Positions 19,948 to 32,057 of a stretch of DNA of 64,000 nucleotides are shown piece after piece. The stretch's first letter is position 1; every line of letters begins with the position of its first letter. The stretch lies in assembly GCA_963737155.1 (NCBI GenBank), contig CAVTRN010000001.1, forward strand, positions 1,056,001 to 1,120,000. Reading direction: 5' to 3'. The position numbers and the translations under genes were made by a program. The notes under the pieces were generated by a model. That model did no database searches, was not told where the DNA came from, and saw nothing but the letters and a program-made list of their open reading frames with translations. The stretch is from Nitrospirota bacterium (GTDB lineage: Bacteria; Nitrospirota; UBA9217).

Positions 19948-21738
19948 GTGGAGACAACTTATCGCTCAAACATAATGATCTGCGCGGGCACGGGCTGCGT
20001 GGCAAACGGGTCACTTAAGGTCAAAGATGCGCTCGAGACCGAGCTTATCAAACGAAACCTTCAGAACGAGGTCAAGATCGTACTGACCGGGTGCAACGGA
20101 TTTTGCGCCAAGGGGCCGGTCATGGTGGTCTATCCCGAAGACATTTTTTACCAGGTCGTGAAGCCCGAGGACGTCCCGTATCTTGTAGAAGAACATTTCA
20201 TCAAAGGCAGACCAGTACAGAAATTCCTCTACACACCGCCGGCGGAAAAAAAGACGATTCCGGTGATGAACGAGATTCCCTTCTTCAAACACCAGGTGCT
20301 CCGCGCACTGCGAAACCGGAGTCTTATCGACGCCGAAAAGATTGAGGAATACATCGCCCGCGACGGTTATTTGGCTGCTGCTAAGGCACTCACCGAGATG
20401 ACTTCTGAACAAATCGTAAACGAGGTGAAGAAGTCAGGCCTCCGCGGACGCGGTGGCGCGGGATTTCTCACTGGCCTCAAGTGGGAACTTTGCGCGCGCG
20501 TTCCGGGGGAAGTCAAGTACATCCTGTGCAATGGCGACGAAGGCGACCCGGGAGCATTCATGGACCGTAGCGTCATGGAAGCCGATCCGCATTCCGTGCT
20601 TGAGGGAATGATCATTGCTGCAAAGGCTATCGGCGCCCATTTTGGCTATATCTATGTCCGGGCCGAGTATCCTCTCGCAGTGCACCGTCTCCAGCTTGCG
20701 ATCAATCAGGCCAAGGAGAATGGTCTGCTGGGGAAGGACATCCTAGGCACCGGGTTCGATCTCGATATTGAAATCTACCAGGGCGCCGGCGCGTTTGTCT
20801 GTGGCGAGGAAACGGCCCTTATGGCCTCCATCGAGGGGAAGCGCGGCATGCCGAAGCCCAAGCCGCCGTTCCCGGCAGTCAAAGGTCTGTGGATGAGGCC
20901 GTCAGTGCTCAATAACGTTGAGACTTTTGCGAACGTGCCGCCGATCATCCTGAACGGGGCTGACTGGTTTGCGAGCCTCGGAACTGAGAAGAGCAAGGGG
21001 ACAAAGGTCTTTGCGCTGTCCGGCGCTCTCAATAATATCGGCCTTGTCGAGGTGCCCATGGGCACCCCGCTCAAAACCATTATCTTCGACATCGGCGGTG
21101 GCATCAAGAACAATCGGAAGTTCAAGGCCGTGCAGATGGGTGGCCCGTCGGGTGGGTGTATCCCCAATACGCTAATCGATACGCCCGTGGATTTCGAGAA
21201 CATCAACAAAACCGGCGCTATCATGGGCTCAGGCGGGATGGTTGTCATGGATGAGACCACCTGCATGCCTGCCATGGCTAAATTCTTTCTCGAATTCACC
21301 GAGGACGAGTCCTGCGGCAAGTGTGTGCCCTGCCGCATCGGAAACAAAACGCTTCTCTCGATTCTCACCCGCATCACGAACGGAGAGGGCCGCGAAGGTG
21401 ACCTTGAGTTGCTGCTCGCCCTCTCGCAGCAGATCAAGGACACGTCGCTCTGCGGTTTGGGCCAGACATCGCCGAACCCGGTTTTGACGACGATCAAATA
21501 CTTCCGTGACGAGTACGAAGCTCACATCAAGGAACACAAGTGTCCTGCACGGGTATGTACGCCGCTGGTCAAGTTCGTGGTGGACCCGAACAAGTGCAAG
21601 AAATGCGGCCAGTGCTTCAAGGCCTGCCCGGCCGGTGCGCTTAAATGGGAAAAGGGCCAGGTTGCCTACATCGATCCGGAGAAGTGCACGAAGTGCAAGT
21701 CCTGCATCAAGGCGTGCCGGTTCTGGTCGATTGACTGA
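19948..21738 (+). CDS. nuoF: Long NuoF (HydB/HndC type) FMN/NADH-binding subunit
   Basis: GLRGRGGAGF, DEGDPGAFMDR, GAFVCGEETAL, GGPSGG, SCGKCVPCR; extra N-terminal [2Fe-2S] domain and C-terminal 2x[4Fe-4S] domain. Confidence 0.92.
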   Translation: METTYRSNIMICAGTGCVANGSLKVKDALETELIKRNLQNEVKIVLTGCNGFCAKGPVMVVYPEDIFYQVVKPEDVPYLVEEHFIKGRPVQKFLYTPPAEKKTIPVMNEIPFFKHQVLRALRNRSLIDAEKIEEYIARDGYLAAAKALTEMTSEQIVNEVKKSGLRGRGGAGFLTGLKWELCARVPGEVKYILCNGDEGDPGAFMDRSVMEADPHSVLEGMIIAAKAIGAHFGYIYVRAEYPLAVHRLQLAINQAKENGLLGKDILGTGFDLDIEIYQGAGAFVCGEETALMASIEGKRGMPKPKPPFPAVKGLWMRPSVLNNVETFANVPPIILNGADWFASLGTEKSKGTKVFALSGALNNIGLVEVPMGTPLKTIIFDIGGGIKNNRKFKAVQMGGPSGGCIPNTLIDTPVDFENINKTGAIMGSGGMVVMDETTCMPAMAKFFLEFTEDESCGKCVPCRIGNKTLLSILTRITNGEGREGDLELLLALSQQIKDTSLCGLGQTSPNPVLTTIKYFRDEYEAHIKEHKCPARVCTPLVKFVVDPNKCKKCGQCFKACPAGALKWEKGQVAYIDPEKCTKCKSCIKACRFWSID

Positions 21739-21892
21739 TTATTGAACGATCTGGAACCTCAGATCCGGCGCAGACGCATGACACACAGTGAAGCGAATAT
21801 CAGATCCAACGTTCGAAACCGCGGGCATCGGCGTATCCTATGACGAAGTCAGGATTCGTGGTTTCATAATATACAAAAAAAGGTAGAAATCT

Positions 21893-24013
21893 ATGCAGAA
21901 GATATCGGTTACAGTTGACGGAAAAAAAGTTGAAGTGCCTCTCGGAGCGACGATTCTCGAGGCGGCGAATGCTGCGGGATCGCGAGTCCCGACGTTGTGC
22001 CACGACAACAAACTCCACCCCTTCGGCGCGTGCAGGATCTGCCTCGTCGAAGTGGAAGGCACACCGCGCAAGTTCACGCCCTCCTGCACGACGCCGGCGA
22101 CGGACAACATGGTCGTGAAAACCTCCACACCGTCGCTCATCGAGGCGCGGAGGATGGTGCTTGAACTGCTGCTGATCAAGCATCCCCTTGACTGCCCGGT
22201 CTGCGACAAGGCAGGCGAGTGCTCACTCCAGGATTTGGTGCATGAGTACGGGCTGGGTACGAGTAGATTCGACGCGGAGAAGGGCTACCTTCCGCCGGAT
22301 TATGAAAGTGCAATTATCGAGCGCAACATCAGCCGGTGCATCCTTTGTGGAAAATGCGTCCGTATCTGCGACGAACAAAATGCCGTGGGCGAGTGGGCCT
22401 TCACACGGCGTGGAACGCGGGCACGGATTAGCACCGATTTCGACCGGCCCCTGGACTGCGAGTTCTGCGGAGAATGCGTGGAGATCTGCCCGGTGGGCGC
22501 GCTAACCACGCGCCAGTTTAAGTACAAGGCCCGGTCATGGAATCTCGAAGCGACCTCGTCGGTCTGCAATTACTGCGGCTGCGGCTGCAATGTTTCCTAC
22601 GAGACCCGTGACGGCAAAATCATGAGGGTGGGCCCCGCGAAAAACAATTATCTCTGCACCAAGGGGAGGTTCGGCTGGGATGCAACGCATCATGCCGATC
22701 GTCTCACCACGCCGAAGATGCGCGTGGGAGGAGAGCTCGTGGACTGCACATGGGAAGAGGCGCTGTCGGTCATTGCGACCAATCTCAACGTGATCAAGGG
22801 CAAGGGCGGTGCTGACAGCATCGGAGGTTTGGGATCGGTTAGGACCACGAACGAGGACAGCTATGTGTTCCAAAAATTCCTGCGCTCTGTCGTGGGGACT
22901 GCCAACGTAGACATGCTTGCAAGGCTCAAGACGCCGAAAGGACTTAATACGTCCTTCTTTTCCGGGGAACTGAACAGGATTATTGAGCATGAAGTTATTC
23001 TCGTGCTTGACCCGAATGTGGGTGAGATTAACCCGCTTACGGGCATCGAGATCGTTCGTGCGGTCAACAAGAAAGATCGGAAACTGATTCTCGTGAACGA
23101 CGACTATAACAAGTTCAATAAGATCGCGACTGTCGTGCTTCCTATGAGCACGGACAAGGCGCTCGATGAGCTCCTTTCGGCGCTCGCCTCACGGGTTGGC
23201 AATGAAGCAGACAAGGCCGTCCAACTGCTCAAGGGAGCAAAGAATGTGGCGGTCATTGTACCTGCGCAGCTTTCGGACAAAGCACACATGGGGATCAGGG
23301 ATTTGGCAGGAAAGCTCCAGAATGTTACCTTCTATCCCCTGGTGCGGAGGAGCAATTATCAGGGTTCGCTTGATATGGGTATCGTTTCCGGTTATCTCCC
23401 CGGTTACCGAAAAATGGATAAGCCGGGCATGAACGCCGTTGAAATGCTCGATGCGGCCAAGACCGGCAAGCTTGTCTCTCTCTATATCATGGGAGACGAT
23501 CCTGTGGGAAGCGATCCGGGCCTGAAGCAGACCCTCGAGAAGCTCGAATTTCTCGTGGTCCAGGACATCTTTATGACCGAGACCGCGAAGCTCGCCCATG
23601 TCGTGCTGCCCGCTGCCAGTTCAGCGGAGAAGTCAGGGACCTTCACCAATGTGGAGCGCAGGCTCCAGCAGTTGAACAAAGCGGAAGAACCTGTCGGGGA
23701 ATCGCGCTTGGACTGGGAGATCATCCAGGATATTGCGAAAAGGATGGGTGGCTCCTTAAGTTATGTGTCCGACCGGGACATCCTGAAGGAGATCCGGTCT
23801 GTCGTGCCGTCTTACGCCGATCTCGCTGTGGGTGCCTGCTGGGCGCGCGAAAAGTCACCAATTGCCGGCTCGTCAGAGGACCTCTCCCTGGAATCGGATA
23901 CAATCATGAAGCAGGAAGTAATCACCGCGGAACGGCTGCTTTTTTCCTCAGGGGTCAGCATCACGCGTTCTCACGAAATAGGAACGATCAGACATTACAA
24001 GATCGAAGTGTAG
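21893..24013 (+). CDS. nuoG: NuoG-like subunit (Fe-S domain plus degenerate molybdopterin-oxidoreductase fold)
   Basis: PTLCH..GACRICLVE..C, HPLDCPVCDKAGEC, CILCGKC, CEFCGEC, CNYCGCGC; no Mo-ligand Cys (NVDMLARLK) and no H-cluster motifs. Confidence 0.85.
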   Translation: MQKISVTVDGKKVEVPLGATILEAANAAGSRVPTLCHDNKLHPFGACRICLVEVEGTPRKFTPSCTTPATDNMVVKTSTPSLIEARRMVLELLLIKHPLDCPVCDKAGECSLQDLVHEYGLGTSRFDAEKGYLPPDYESAIIERNISRCILCGKCVRICDEQNAVGEWAFTRRGTRARISTDFDRPLDCEFCGECVEICPVGALTTRQFKYKARSWNLEATSSVCNYCGCGCNVSYETRDGKIMRVGPAKNNYLCTKGRFGWDATHHADRLTTPKMRVGGELVDCTWEEALSVIATNLNVIKGKGGADSIGGLGSVRTTNEDSYVFQKFLRSVVGTANVDMLARLKTPKGLNTSFFSGELNRIIEHEVILVLDPNVGEINPLTGIEIVRAVNKKDRKLILVNDDYNKFNKIATVVLPMSTDKALDELLSALASRVGNEADKAVQLLKGAKNVAVIVPAQLSDKAHMGIRDLAGKLQNVTFYPLVRRSNYQGSLDMGIVSGYLPGYRKMDKPGMNAVEMLDAAKTGKLVSLYIMGDDPVGSDPGLKQTLEKLEFLVVQDIFMTETAKLAHVVLPAASSAEKSGTFTNVERRLQQLNKAEEPVGESRLDWEIIQDIAKRMGGSLSYVSDRDILKEIRSVVPSYADLAVGACWAREKSPIAGSSEDLSLESDTIMKQEVITAERLLFSSGVSITRSHEIGTIRHYKIEV

Positions 24014-24022
24014 GAGCAGAAT

Positions 24023-25108
24023 ATGCCCGAAATGAACCAAATACTTCACCTTCTCTTCACTATAGGCATCCCCGCTGTTATACTGCTGGCATTCATCTTG
24101 GCCAACGCCATGTACCTGCAGCTCATGGAGCGCAAGGTGCTCGCGCATATGCAAGGACGTCTGGGGCCGATGCGTACCGGCTGGCATGGGATCCTTCAGC
24201 CGATCGCCGATGCCGTCAAGTTCATGATGAAAGAGGATATCATTCCTGCGAAAGCTGACAAGTGGGTGTTCAGCATAGCTCCCCTGATCCTGCTTGTGAT
24301 GGCGTTTGGTGCCATGGTGATAATTCCCTTTGGTCCGCCCACGAACTTCTTCGGACTTTTGTCGAAGAAGGTTCCGCTCTGGGTATCTAACCTGAACGTA
24401 GGCGTGCTTTTCATCCTTGCTTTTTCAAGCGTGGGAACCTACGGTGTGATCATGGCGGGTTGGTCTTCGAACAATAAATACTCGCTTATGGGCGGTTTCC
24501 GCTCTGCGGCGCAGATGATCAGCTACGAAATCCCGATGGCATTTTCGATTCTGACTGTGGTCCTCATGGCGGGATCGCTTAATTTATCCGATATCGTAAA
24601 CGCGCAGGCTCACCGGTGGTTTATCGTGGCACTGCCCGTCGGGCCGGTGGCCTTTTACCTCTACCTCATGTCGGGCATTGCCGAAACGAACCGCGTGCCC
24701 TTTGACCTGCCGGAAGCGGAGAGCGAACTGGTGGCGGGGTATTTCACCGAGTACAGTGGTATCCGGTTCGGTATATTCTACATGGCCGAATACATGAACA
24801 TGATCGTCGTTTCGCTGCTTGTTTCCATCATGTTCTTGGGCGGCTGGCTTCCGGTCCAGATTTTGCCGCACACACTCGGCCATATCGCCCCGATTGCATT
24901 TATCAACAAGATGCTTGCGGCCATCCCGCCGACGATCTGGCTGCTTGGAAAACTGTATTTCTTTATCTTCTTCTATATGTGGCTGCGCGCAACACTTCCG
25001 CGATACCGGTACGACCAGCTCATGGCGATATCCTGGAAGATCATGCTACCCATTTCTCTGGTTACGTTGCTGGTTGCAGCGGGCATGAAGCAGATAGGAT
25101 GGCTGTAA
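24023..25108 (+). CDS. nuoH: NADH-quinone oxidoreductase subunit H
   Basis: ERKVLAHMQGRLGP, QPIADAVK, AETNRVPFDLPEAESELVAG, RYRYDQL. Confidence 0.97.
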   Translation: MPEMNQILHLLFTIGIPAVILLAFILANAMYLQLMERKVLAHMQGRLGPMRTGWHGILQPIADAVKFMMKEDIIPAKADKWVFSIAPLILLVMAFGAMVIIPFGPPTNFFGLLSKKVPLWVSNLNVGVLFILAFSSVGTYGVIMAGWSSNNKYSLMGGFRSAAQMISYEIPMAFSILTVVLMAGSLNLSDIVNAQAHRWFIVALPVGPVAFYLYLMSGIAETNRVPFDLPEAESELVAGYFTEYSGIRFGIFYMAEYMNMIVVSLLVSIMFLGGWLPVQILPHTLGHIAPIAFINKMLAAIPPTIWLLGKLYFFIFFYMWLRATLPRYRYDQLMAISWKIMLPISLVTLLVAAGMKQIGWL

Positions 25109-25150
25109 AACAGTTCGGTGATCAGCGTTCGGAGTCAGGAGTATAAAACG

Positions 25151-25621
25151 ATGAGTAAAGTGAACAAGCTGCTCAAAACGATCTTTCTGGTCGAAATAGC
25201 TCAAGGCATGGTATTAACGCTTAAGACCATGTTGACCCCAGCCATTACACGGCAGTATCCAACGTTCAAGCGCAAACCGATCCCCGGATCGCGCGGACTC
25301 CACGCCATGAGGCGCGACGATTCGGGCCAGAAAGAGCGCTGCATCGGATGCGGCCTGTGCGAAGCAGTCTGTCCCTCGAAAGCCATCACGGTGGTGACGT
25401 CCGAGGGCGTGGAGCACGAGAAAGTCATAAACTCATACGAGCTCGACCTACTCCGTTGCGTATTTTGCGGTTTCTGCATCGATGCGTGCCCCGTATCGGC
25501 CATCATCATGACGCCTGAGTTCGAGCTGGCCTGCTATTCAAGAAAAGATGCGTTCTATACCAAGGATCGGCTTATCGCAGTGGGCGATCACTACCTCGGC
25601 GGGAAGGCGGTAAAAAAGTAA
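25151..25621 (+). CDS. nuoI: NADH-quinone oxidoreductase subunit I
   Basis: CIGCGLCEAVCP and CVFCGFCIDACP. Confidence 0.96.
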   Translation: MSKVNKLLKTIFLVEIAQGMVLTLKTMLTPAITRQYPTFKRKPIPGSRGLHAMRRDDSGQKERCIGCGLCEAVCPSKAITVVTSEGVEHEKVINSYELDLLRCVFCGFCIDACPVSAIIMTPEFELACYSRKDAFYTKDRLIAVGDHYLGGKAVKK

Positions 25622-25622
25622 T

Positions 25623-26129
25623 ATGATGAACCAGCTTATTTTCCTCTATTTTGCCACGGTCATCTTGGTATCTGCCGTGCTCACGGTCACACGCACTAAT
25701 CCCGTGCACAGCGTGATGTTCATGCTGCTCCTATTTTTCCACATTGCCGGGATCTTCGTGCTTCTGAATGCGGAGTTTCTCGCGGCGGTACAGCTGATCG
25801 TCTATGCCGGAGCCATTCTGATCCTGTATCTCTTTGTCGTGATGCTCCTGAACGTTGACCGGGAAAGCTCCGCCGCTCGGGCGAACCGTTTCTGGCCCTG
25901 GATGGTAGGCTTTGGCCTGTTGATCTCCGGTGAGGTGATGCTCCTTGTAGTGCGGGGCACGTTCCCGGCAGAGGAAGGGATTACCATGAGGCCTGCCGGC
26001 AGCGGCATTAAAGAGCTCGGCATAACGCTTTATCAGAATTACCTGGTGCCCTTCGAAGCTGCGTCCATCATTCTGCTTGTGGGCCTGGTGGGGGCGGTGA
26101 TGCTGGCGAAGAGAAGGGCGAATGATTAG
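25623..26129 (+). CDS. nuoJ: NADH-quinone oxidoreductase subunit J
   Basis: NPVHS, AEFLAAVQLIVYAGAI, PFEAAS. Confidence 0.96.
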   Translation: MMNQLIFLYFATVILVSAVLTVTRTNPVHSVMFMLLLFFHIAGIFVLLNAEFLAAVQLIVYAGAILILYLFVVMLLNVDRESSAARANRFWPWMVGFGLLISGEVMLLVVRGTFPAEEGITMRPAGSGIKELGITLYQNYLVPFEAASIILLVGLVGAVMLAKRRAND

Positions 26130-26182
26130 AGTATTAAGAGTCTGATGCGTTTGTAGAGTTTACTGAGTTGATAGTGTCCGGG
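26129..26182. repeat. Degenerate 9-nt-period array (GAGT-led units)
   Basis: gagtattaa gagtctgat gcgtttgta gagtttact gagttgata gtgtccggg. Confidence 0.6.
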
Positions 26183-26238
26183 ATTTTGGTTCCAATCCTA
26201 TGATCTCTTTAGACACTCAGATCCATTCTGGAGGTTTT

Positions 26239-26541
26239 ATGATTCCCTTGTCCTGGTATATCATGCTGAGCGCGGCGTTGTTCACCATTGGTGTCGTGGG
26301 CGTGCTGAGCCGACGCAATATTTTTATCATCCTAATGTCCATTGAACTTATGCTGAACGCCGCGAATATCAACCTTGTGGCGTTCTCGCATTACCTGCAG
26401 TCACTTACGGGTCAGATTTTCGTTATGTTCGTAATCACCGTGGCCGCAGCCGAGGCCGCCGTGGCGCTGGCAATCATCATCCTTCTCTCGCGCAACCGCG
26501 GGAGCGTTTATGTGGATGAGTTCAATATCATGAAAGGATGA
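26239..26541 (+). CDS. nuoK: NADH-quinone oxidoreductase subunit K
   Basis: [28 protein letters not shown]; SD GGAGG. Confidence 0.96.
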   Translation: MIPLSWYIMLSAALFTIGVVGVLSRRNIFIILMSIELMLNAANINLVAFSHYLQSLTGQIFVMFVITVAAAEAAVALAIIILLSRNRGSVYVDEFNIMKG

Positions 26542-26591
26542 GATGAGTCGATAATGTCTAAAGAGCAACTTCGGCAAAAGTCCATCATCTC

Positions 26592-26663
26592 AAACCATAA
26601 GACTCCACAAACTCTTTAAACCCTTCAGGCTCTTGGGACTGATCGGACTCTATAGACTCACAA
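26592..26663. repeat. Degenerate 9-nt-period array (RACTC-led units, inverted relative to the 26129 array)
   Basis: aaaccataa gactccaca aactcttta aacccttca ggctcttgg gactgatcg gactctata gactcacaa. Confidence 0.6.
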
Positions 26664-26675
26664 CCGGGAGTGTTT

Positions 26676-28610
<1,935 letters not shown>

Positions 28611-28660
28611 CCGTTCCACGATCAAGATATAAAGTTCATAGTAAATAAAGGAGCTTCTCA

Positions 28661-30199
28661 ATGCTCGAATTAAAACCCGATCAGCTGGGGTATCCATTGC
28701 TGAGCTTTATGATCTTTCTACCCATACTCGGGGCGTTTCTGCTTCTGTTTGTCAGGAATGCATCCATGGCGCGCTGGTTCGCGCTTGGTATTTCGGTAGC
28801 CGAACTTGCTCTTTGTATTCCGCTTCTGGCGAACTTCGACGCGACCATCCCTCACATGCAGTTCGGCGAGAGCATGTCCTGGATCGCGGCATGGAACATC
28901 AATTACCGCCTCGGCGTCGATGGCATCAGCGTTCTGTTCGTGGTCCTGACTTCGCTGCTGACGACAATATCCATCATGGTGTCCTGGAGGGCCATTCAGG
29001 ACCGGGTCAAGGAGTTCATGCTCTCGCTGCTGTTCCTGGAAGCGGCGATTATTGGCGTGTTCGTGTCCCTGGATCTTTTCCTTTTCTATATCTTTTGGGA
29101 AGCCATGCTCATTCCCATGTACCTCCTGATCGGCGTCTGGGGAGGGCCGAACCGGCTGTATGCGGCGATTAAGTTCTTCTTGTATACCCTTGTGGGAAGT
29201 GTGCTCATGCTCGTCGCGATCATCGCGGTGTATTTCGCGGCGGGACATACATTTGACGTGCTGGCACTCATGAATTACAAATTCGGCCGTACATTCCAGA
29301 TGGTAGCGTTCGCCGCTTTCTTCGCGGCATTTGCGGTCAAAGTGCCTATGTTCCCGTTCCATACGTGGCTGCCGGATGCCCATGTGGAGGCACCGACAGC
29401 CGGCAGTATCATCCTGGCAGGTATCCTTATCAAGATGGGAGCCTATGGGTTCCTCCGCTTCTCGCTGCCCTTTTTCCCCGATGCGGCACTTGCCTGGACG
29501 CCTGCCATCATGACCCTGTCCGTGATCGCCATCATCTACGGGGCGTACATGGCCTTTGCGCAGACGGACTTCAAGAAACTTATCGCCTATTCAAGCGTGA
29601 GCCACATGGGATTCGTCACCCTCGGTATTTTCGCGTTGAACAGCCAGGGGCTCGAAGGTGGCATTCTCCAGATGCTGAACCACGGAATTTCAACGGGTGC
29701 TTTGTTTCTCGCCGTGGGCGTGATCTATGAACGGACGCATACAAGGCTGATTGCTGACTACGGCGGAATTGCGTCCCGGGTCCCGGTATATGCGACCTTT
29801 CTGCTGATCATCGTTTTTTCATCGATCGGTCTTCCGGGGACCAACGGTTTTATCGGTGAGTTTACGATCCTGCTTGGCGCATTCCTGCACGACAAGCCAT
29901 ACGCCGTGATCTCGTCCCTCGGTATCATCCTTGGCGCGGGGTACATGCTCTGGCTGTACCAGCGCGTGGCGTTCGGCAAGATAACCAACCCGCACAATGA
30001 ACACCTTGCCGATATGAACCTTCGTGAGGTGGCCGCGGCGCTGCCGCTCGTGCTGCTGGTGTTCGTGATCGGTCTTTATCCGAACGCGGCTTTCGGCATA
30101 ATGCATGTGTCCGTATCGAACCTGATTCAGCATATGCAAGCTAAGGCGGAGTCAGCGCCGGCTATGGCGCAGACGCTCGGTACGATATTAGGAAAATAA
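28661..30199 (+). CDS. nuoM: NADH-quinone oxidoreductase subunit M
   Basis: FYIFWEAMLIPMY, KVPMFPFHTWLPDAHVEAP, GLPGTNGFIGEF. Confidence 0.97.
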   Translation: MLELKPDQLGYPLLSFMIFLPILGAFLLLFVRNASMARWFALGISVAELALCIPLLANFDATIPHMQFGESMSWIAAWNINYRLGVDGISVLFVVLTSLLTTISIMVSWRAIQDRVKEFMLSLLFLEAAIIGVFVSLDLFLFYIFWEAMLIPMYLLIGVWGGPNRLYAAIKFFLYTLVGSVLMLVAIIAVYFAAGHTFDVLALMNYKFGRTFQMVAFAAFFAAFAVKVPMFPFHTWLPDAHVEAPTAGSIILAGILIKMGAYGFLRFSLPFFPDAALAWTPAIMTLSVIAIIYGAYMAFAQTDFKKLIAYSSVSHMGFVTLGIFALNSQGLEGGILQMLNHGISTGALFLAVGVIYERTHTRLIADYGGIASRVPVYATFLLIIVFSSIGLPGTNGFIGEFTILLGAFLHDKPYAVISSLGIILGAGYMLWLYQRVAFGKITNPHNEHLADMNLREVAAALPLVLLVFVIGLYPNAAFGIMHVSVSNLIQHMQAKAESAPAMAQTLGTILGK

Positions 30200-30209
30200 G
30201 GAGAAACCG

Positions 30210-31664
30210 ATGTCCAGCTTGCCTCAGGAATTCATGCAATTTCTCGCTCCGGTGCTGCCCGAGGCCGTTGTCCTTATTACGGCAATCCTCGTTCTTCTCT
30301 TCGATCTTTTCATCGAGAAGGAGGGCAAAGCACTCTTGGGCTGGTTGAGCGTGGCGGGAATCGCGGTCGCGGCCGTAGTCACTTACCACTCGATGGGATT
30401 GAATGAGGCCGTATTCAATGGCACCTTTCTCGTCGACCCCTTCTCAACGTTCTTTAAATTCGTTTTTTACATCGCCTGCGGGCTTGGGATATTAGTGTCC
30501 ATCAATTATCTGAAGGTTGAGGACATCCATCGAGGTGAGTACTATGCACTCATGCTATTCGCCACGAGCGGTATGATGCTCATGGCGTCGGCAGGCGACC
30601 TCATAACCCTCTATCTCGGTCTTGAGCTTATGGCGCTTTCGATTTACATCCTTGCGGGCTTCATGCGCCAGGATAACCGGTCGAATGAAGCCGCCATCAA
30701 GTATCTGGTTCTCGGTGCGTTCTCGTCGGGAATCATGGTCTACGGTATGTCGCTCGTCTATGGTCTTACCGGAACAACAAATCTTGGGCAGATTCTCGCG
30801 TTTCTGCATGACGCCAATCTCAATAATCCTGTCCTCTACTTGGCCATGATTATGCTGATCGTGAGCTTCGGCTTCAAGGTCGCGGCCGTACCGTTTCATA
30901 TGTGGGTGCCCGATGTATACGAGGGGGCGCCGACTTCCGTTACGGCCTTCATGTCCGCGGGCCCCAAGGTCGCGGGATTTGCCGTTCTGCTTCGGGTATT
31001 CCTGTATGCCTTCGAGCCGCTCCATGCTCATTCAACGGTCATTCTTTCGGGACTGGCTGTGCTCACCATGGCTGTGGGCAACATCATGGCATTGTCCCAG
31101 ACCAATATCAAGAGGATGCTTGCTTACTCGTCCATCGCCCATGCGGGCTATGCACTAGTCGGACTGGCTGCCGGCGGTCCTGAAGGAGCGGCCAGCGTGA
31201 TGCTTTATGTCTGTATCTACGCGCTCATGAACATGGGGGCATTTGGAGTAGTGATCATGCTTAGAAAGGCCGGCGCGCGGGGTGAGGAGATCACCGACTT
31301 CGCAGGGCTTGGCAAGACCAATAAGACTGCGGCCCTGCTCATGCTCATATTCATGTTCTCGCTTACCGGGATTCCGCCCACCGCGGGATTTATTGGCAAG
31401 TTCTACATCTTTAAATCAGCGATCCAGGCAGGACTCTTGTGGCTTGCAATCGCGGGTGTTCTCTTTTCGGCCATTAGCGCCTTCTTCTATCTCCGCATCA
31501 TCATGGTCATGTATATGAATGAACCGAAAGAGAGCATTGAACTCTCCATTTCGCCGTCCCTCGCGCTGGCGTTGGCGATATCGGTTACAGCCGTCATTGT
31601 CATCGGTGTCTATCCCGCCGAGCTCCTTAATTATGCGCGCGCGTCGATTTCGGGGATATTGTAG
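30210..31664 (+). CDS. nuoN: NADH-quinone oxidoreductase subunit N
   Basis: EAAIKY, FKVAAVPFHMWVPDVYEGAP, KRMLAYSSIAHAGY. Confidence 0.97.
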   Translation: MSSLPQEFMQFLAPVLPEAVVLITAILVLLFDLFIEKEGKALLGWLSVAGIAVAAVVTYHSMGLNEAVFNGTFLVDPFSTFFKFVFYIACGLGILVSINYLKVEDIHRGEYYALMLFATSGMMLMASAGDLITLYLGLELMALSIYILAGFMRQDNRSNEAAIKYLVLGAFSSGIMVYGMSLVYGLTGTTNLGQILAFLHDANLNNPVLYLAMIMLIVSFGFKVAAVPFHMWVPDVYEGAPTSVTAFMSAGPKVAGFAVLLRVFLYAFEPLHAHSTVILSGLAVLTMAVGNIMALSQTNIKRMLAYSSIAHAGYALVGLAAGGPEGAASVMLYVCIYALMNMGAFGVVIMLRKAGARGEEITDFAGLGKTNKTAALLMLIFMFSLTGIPPTAGFIGKFYIFKSAIQAGLLWLAIAGVLFSAISAFFYLRIIMVMYMNEPKESIELSISPSLALALAISVTAVIVIGVYPAELLNYARASISGIL

Positions 31665-32057
31665 CTCTGATGAGCGAAGCCTTTCAACTGTTTGTGTTCA
31701 TCTAGTGCTGTTACATGACAGTTCGGGTTAACATCGCGCCGGTAGCGCTTCTCTCTCTCCGACGTTCTCCGCGTTCGCGGGGGACTTATCCGCCAGGAAC
31801 CTCTTCTGGACTACCATGAAATCTTCCCCAGGCTGTAAGGCTGAACCCCCAGCTAGGTACAACAGTCTTTCTCCCGACCAGAGATATTTTCCGTTCTTTT
31901 ATTGGCGACCCGAAAGAGCCGAGATTCTATCCCCGCTTCACGGTTTCAATAAGATAGCATCTATGTCGCGCGGTTACGCAACGCTTTCTACGATATGCAA
32001 TCATGGAGTATTATTTCGTTCACAACATTCCGTGAAGTGCCGTGATATACTTTTTTC

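Noticed and set aside
21893-24013. [FeFe]-hydrogenase or formate dehydrogenase catalytic subunit
   Set aside because: No H-cluster motifs (TSCCP, MPC..K..E, E.M.C..GC..G), and the FDH Mo-ligand Cys/Sec position is replaced (NVDMLARLK).
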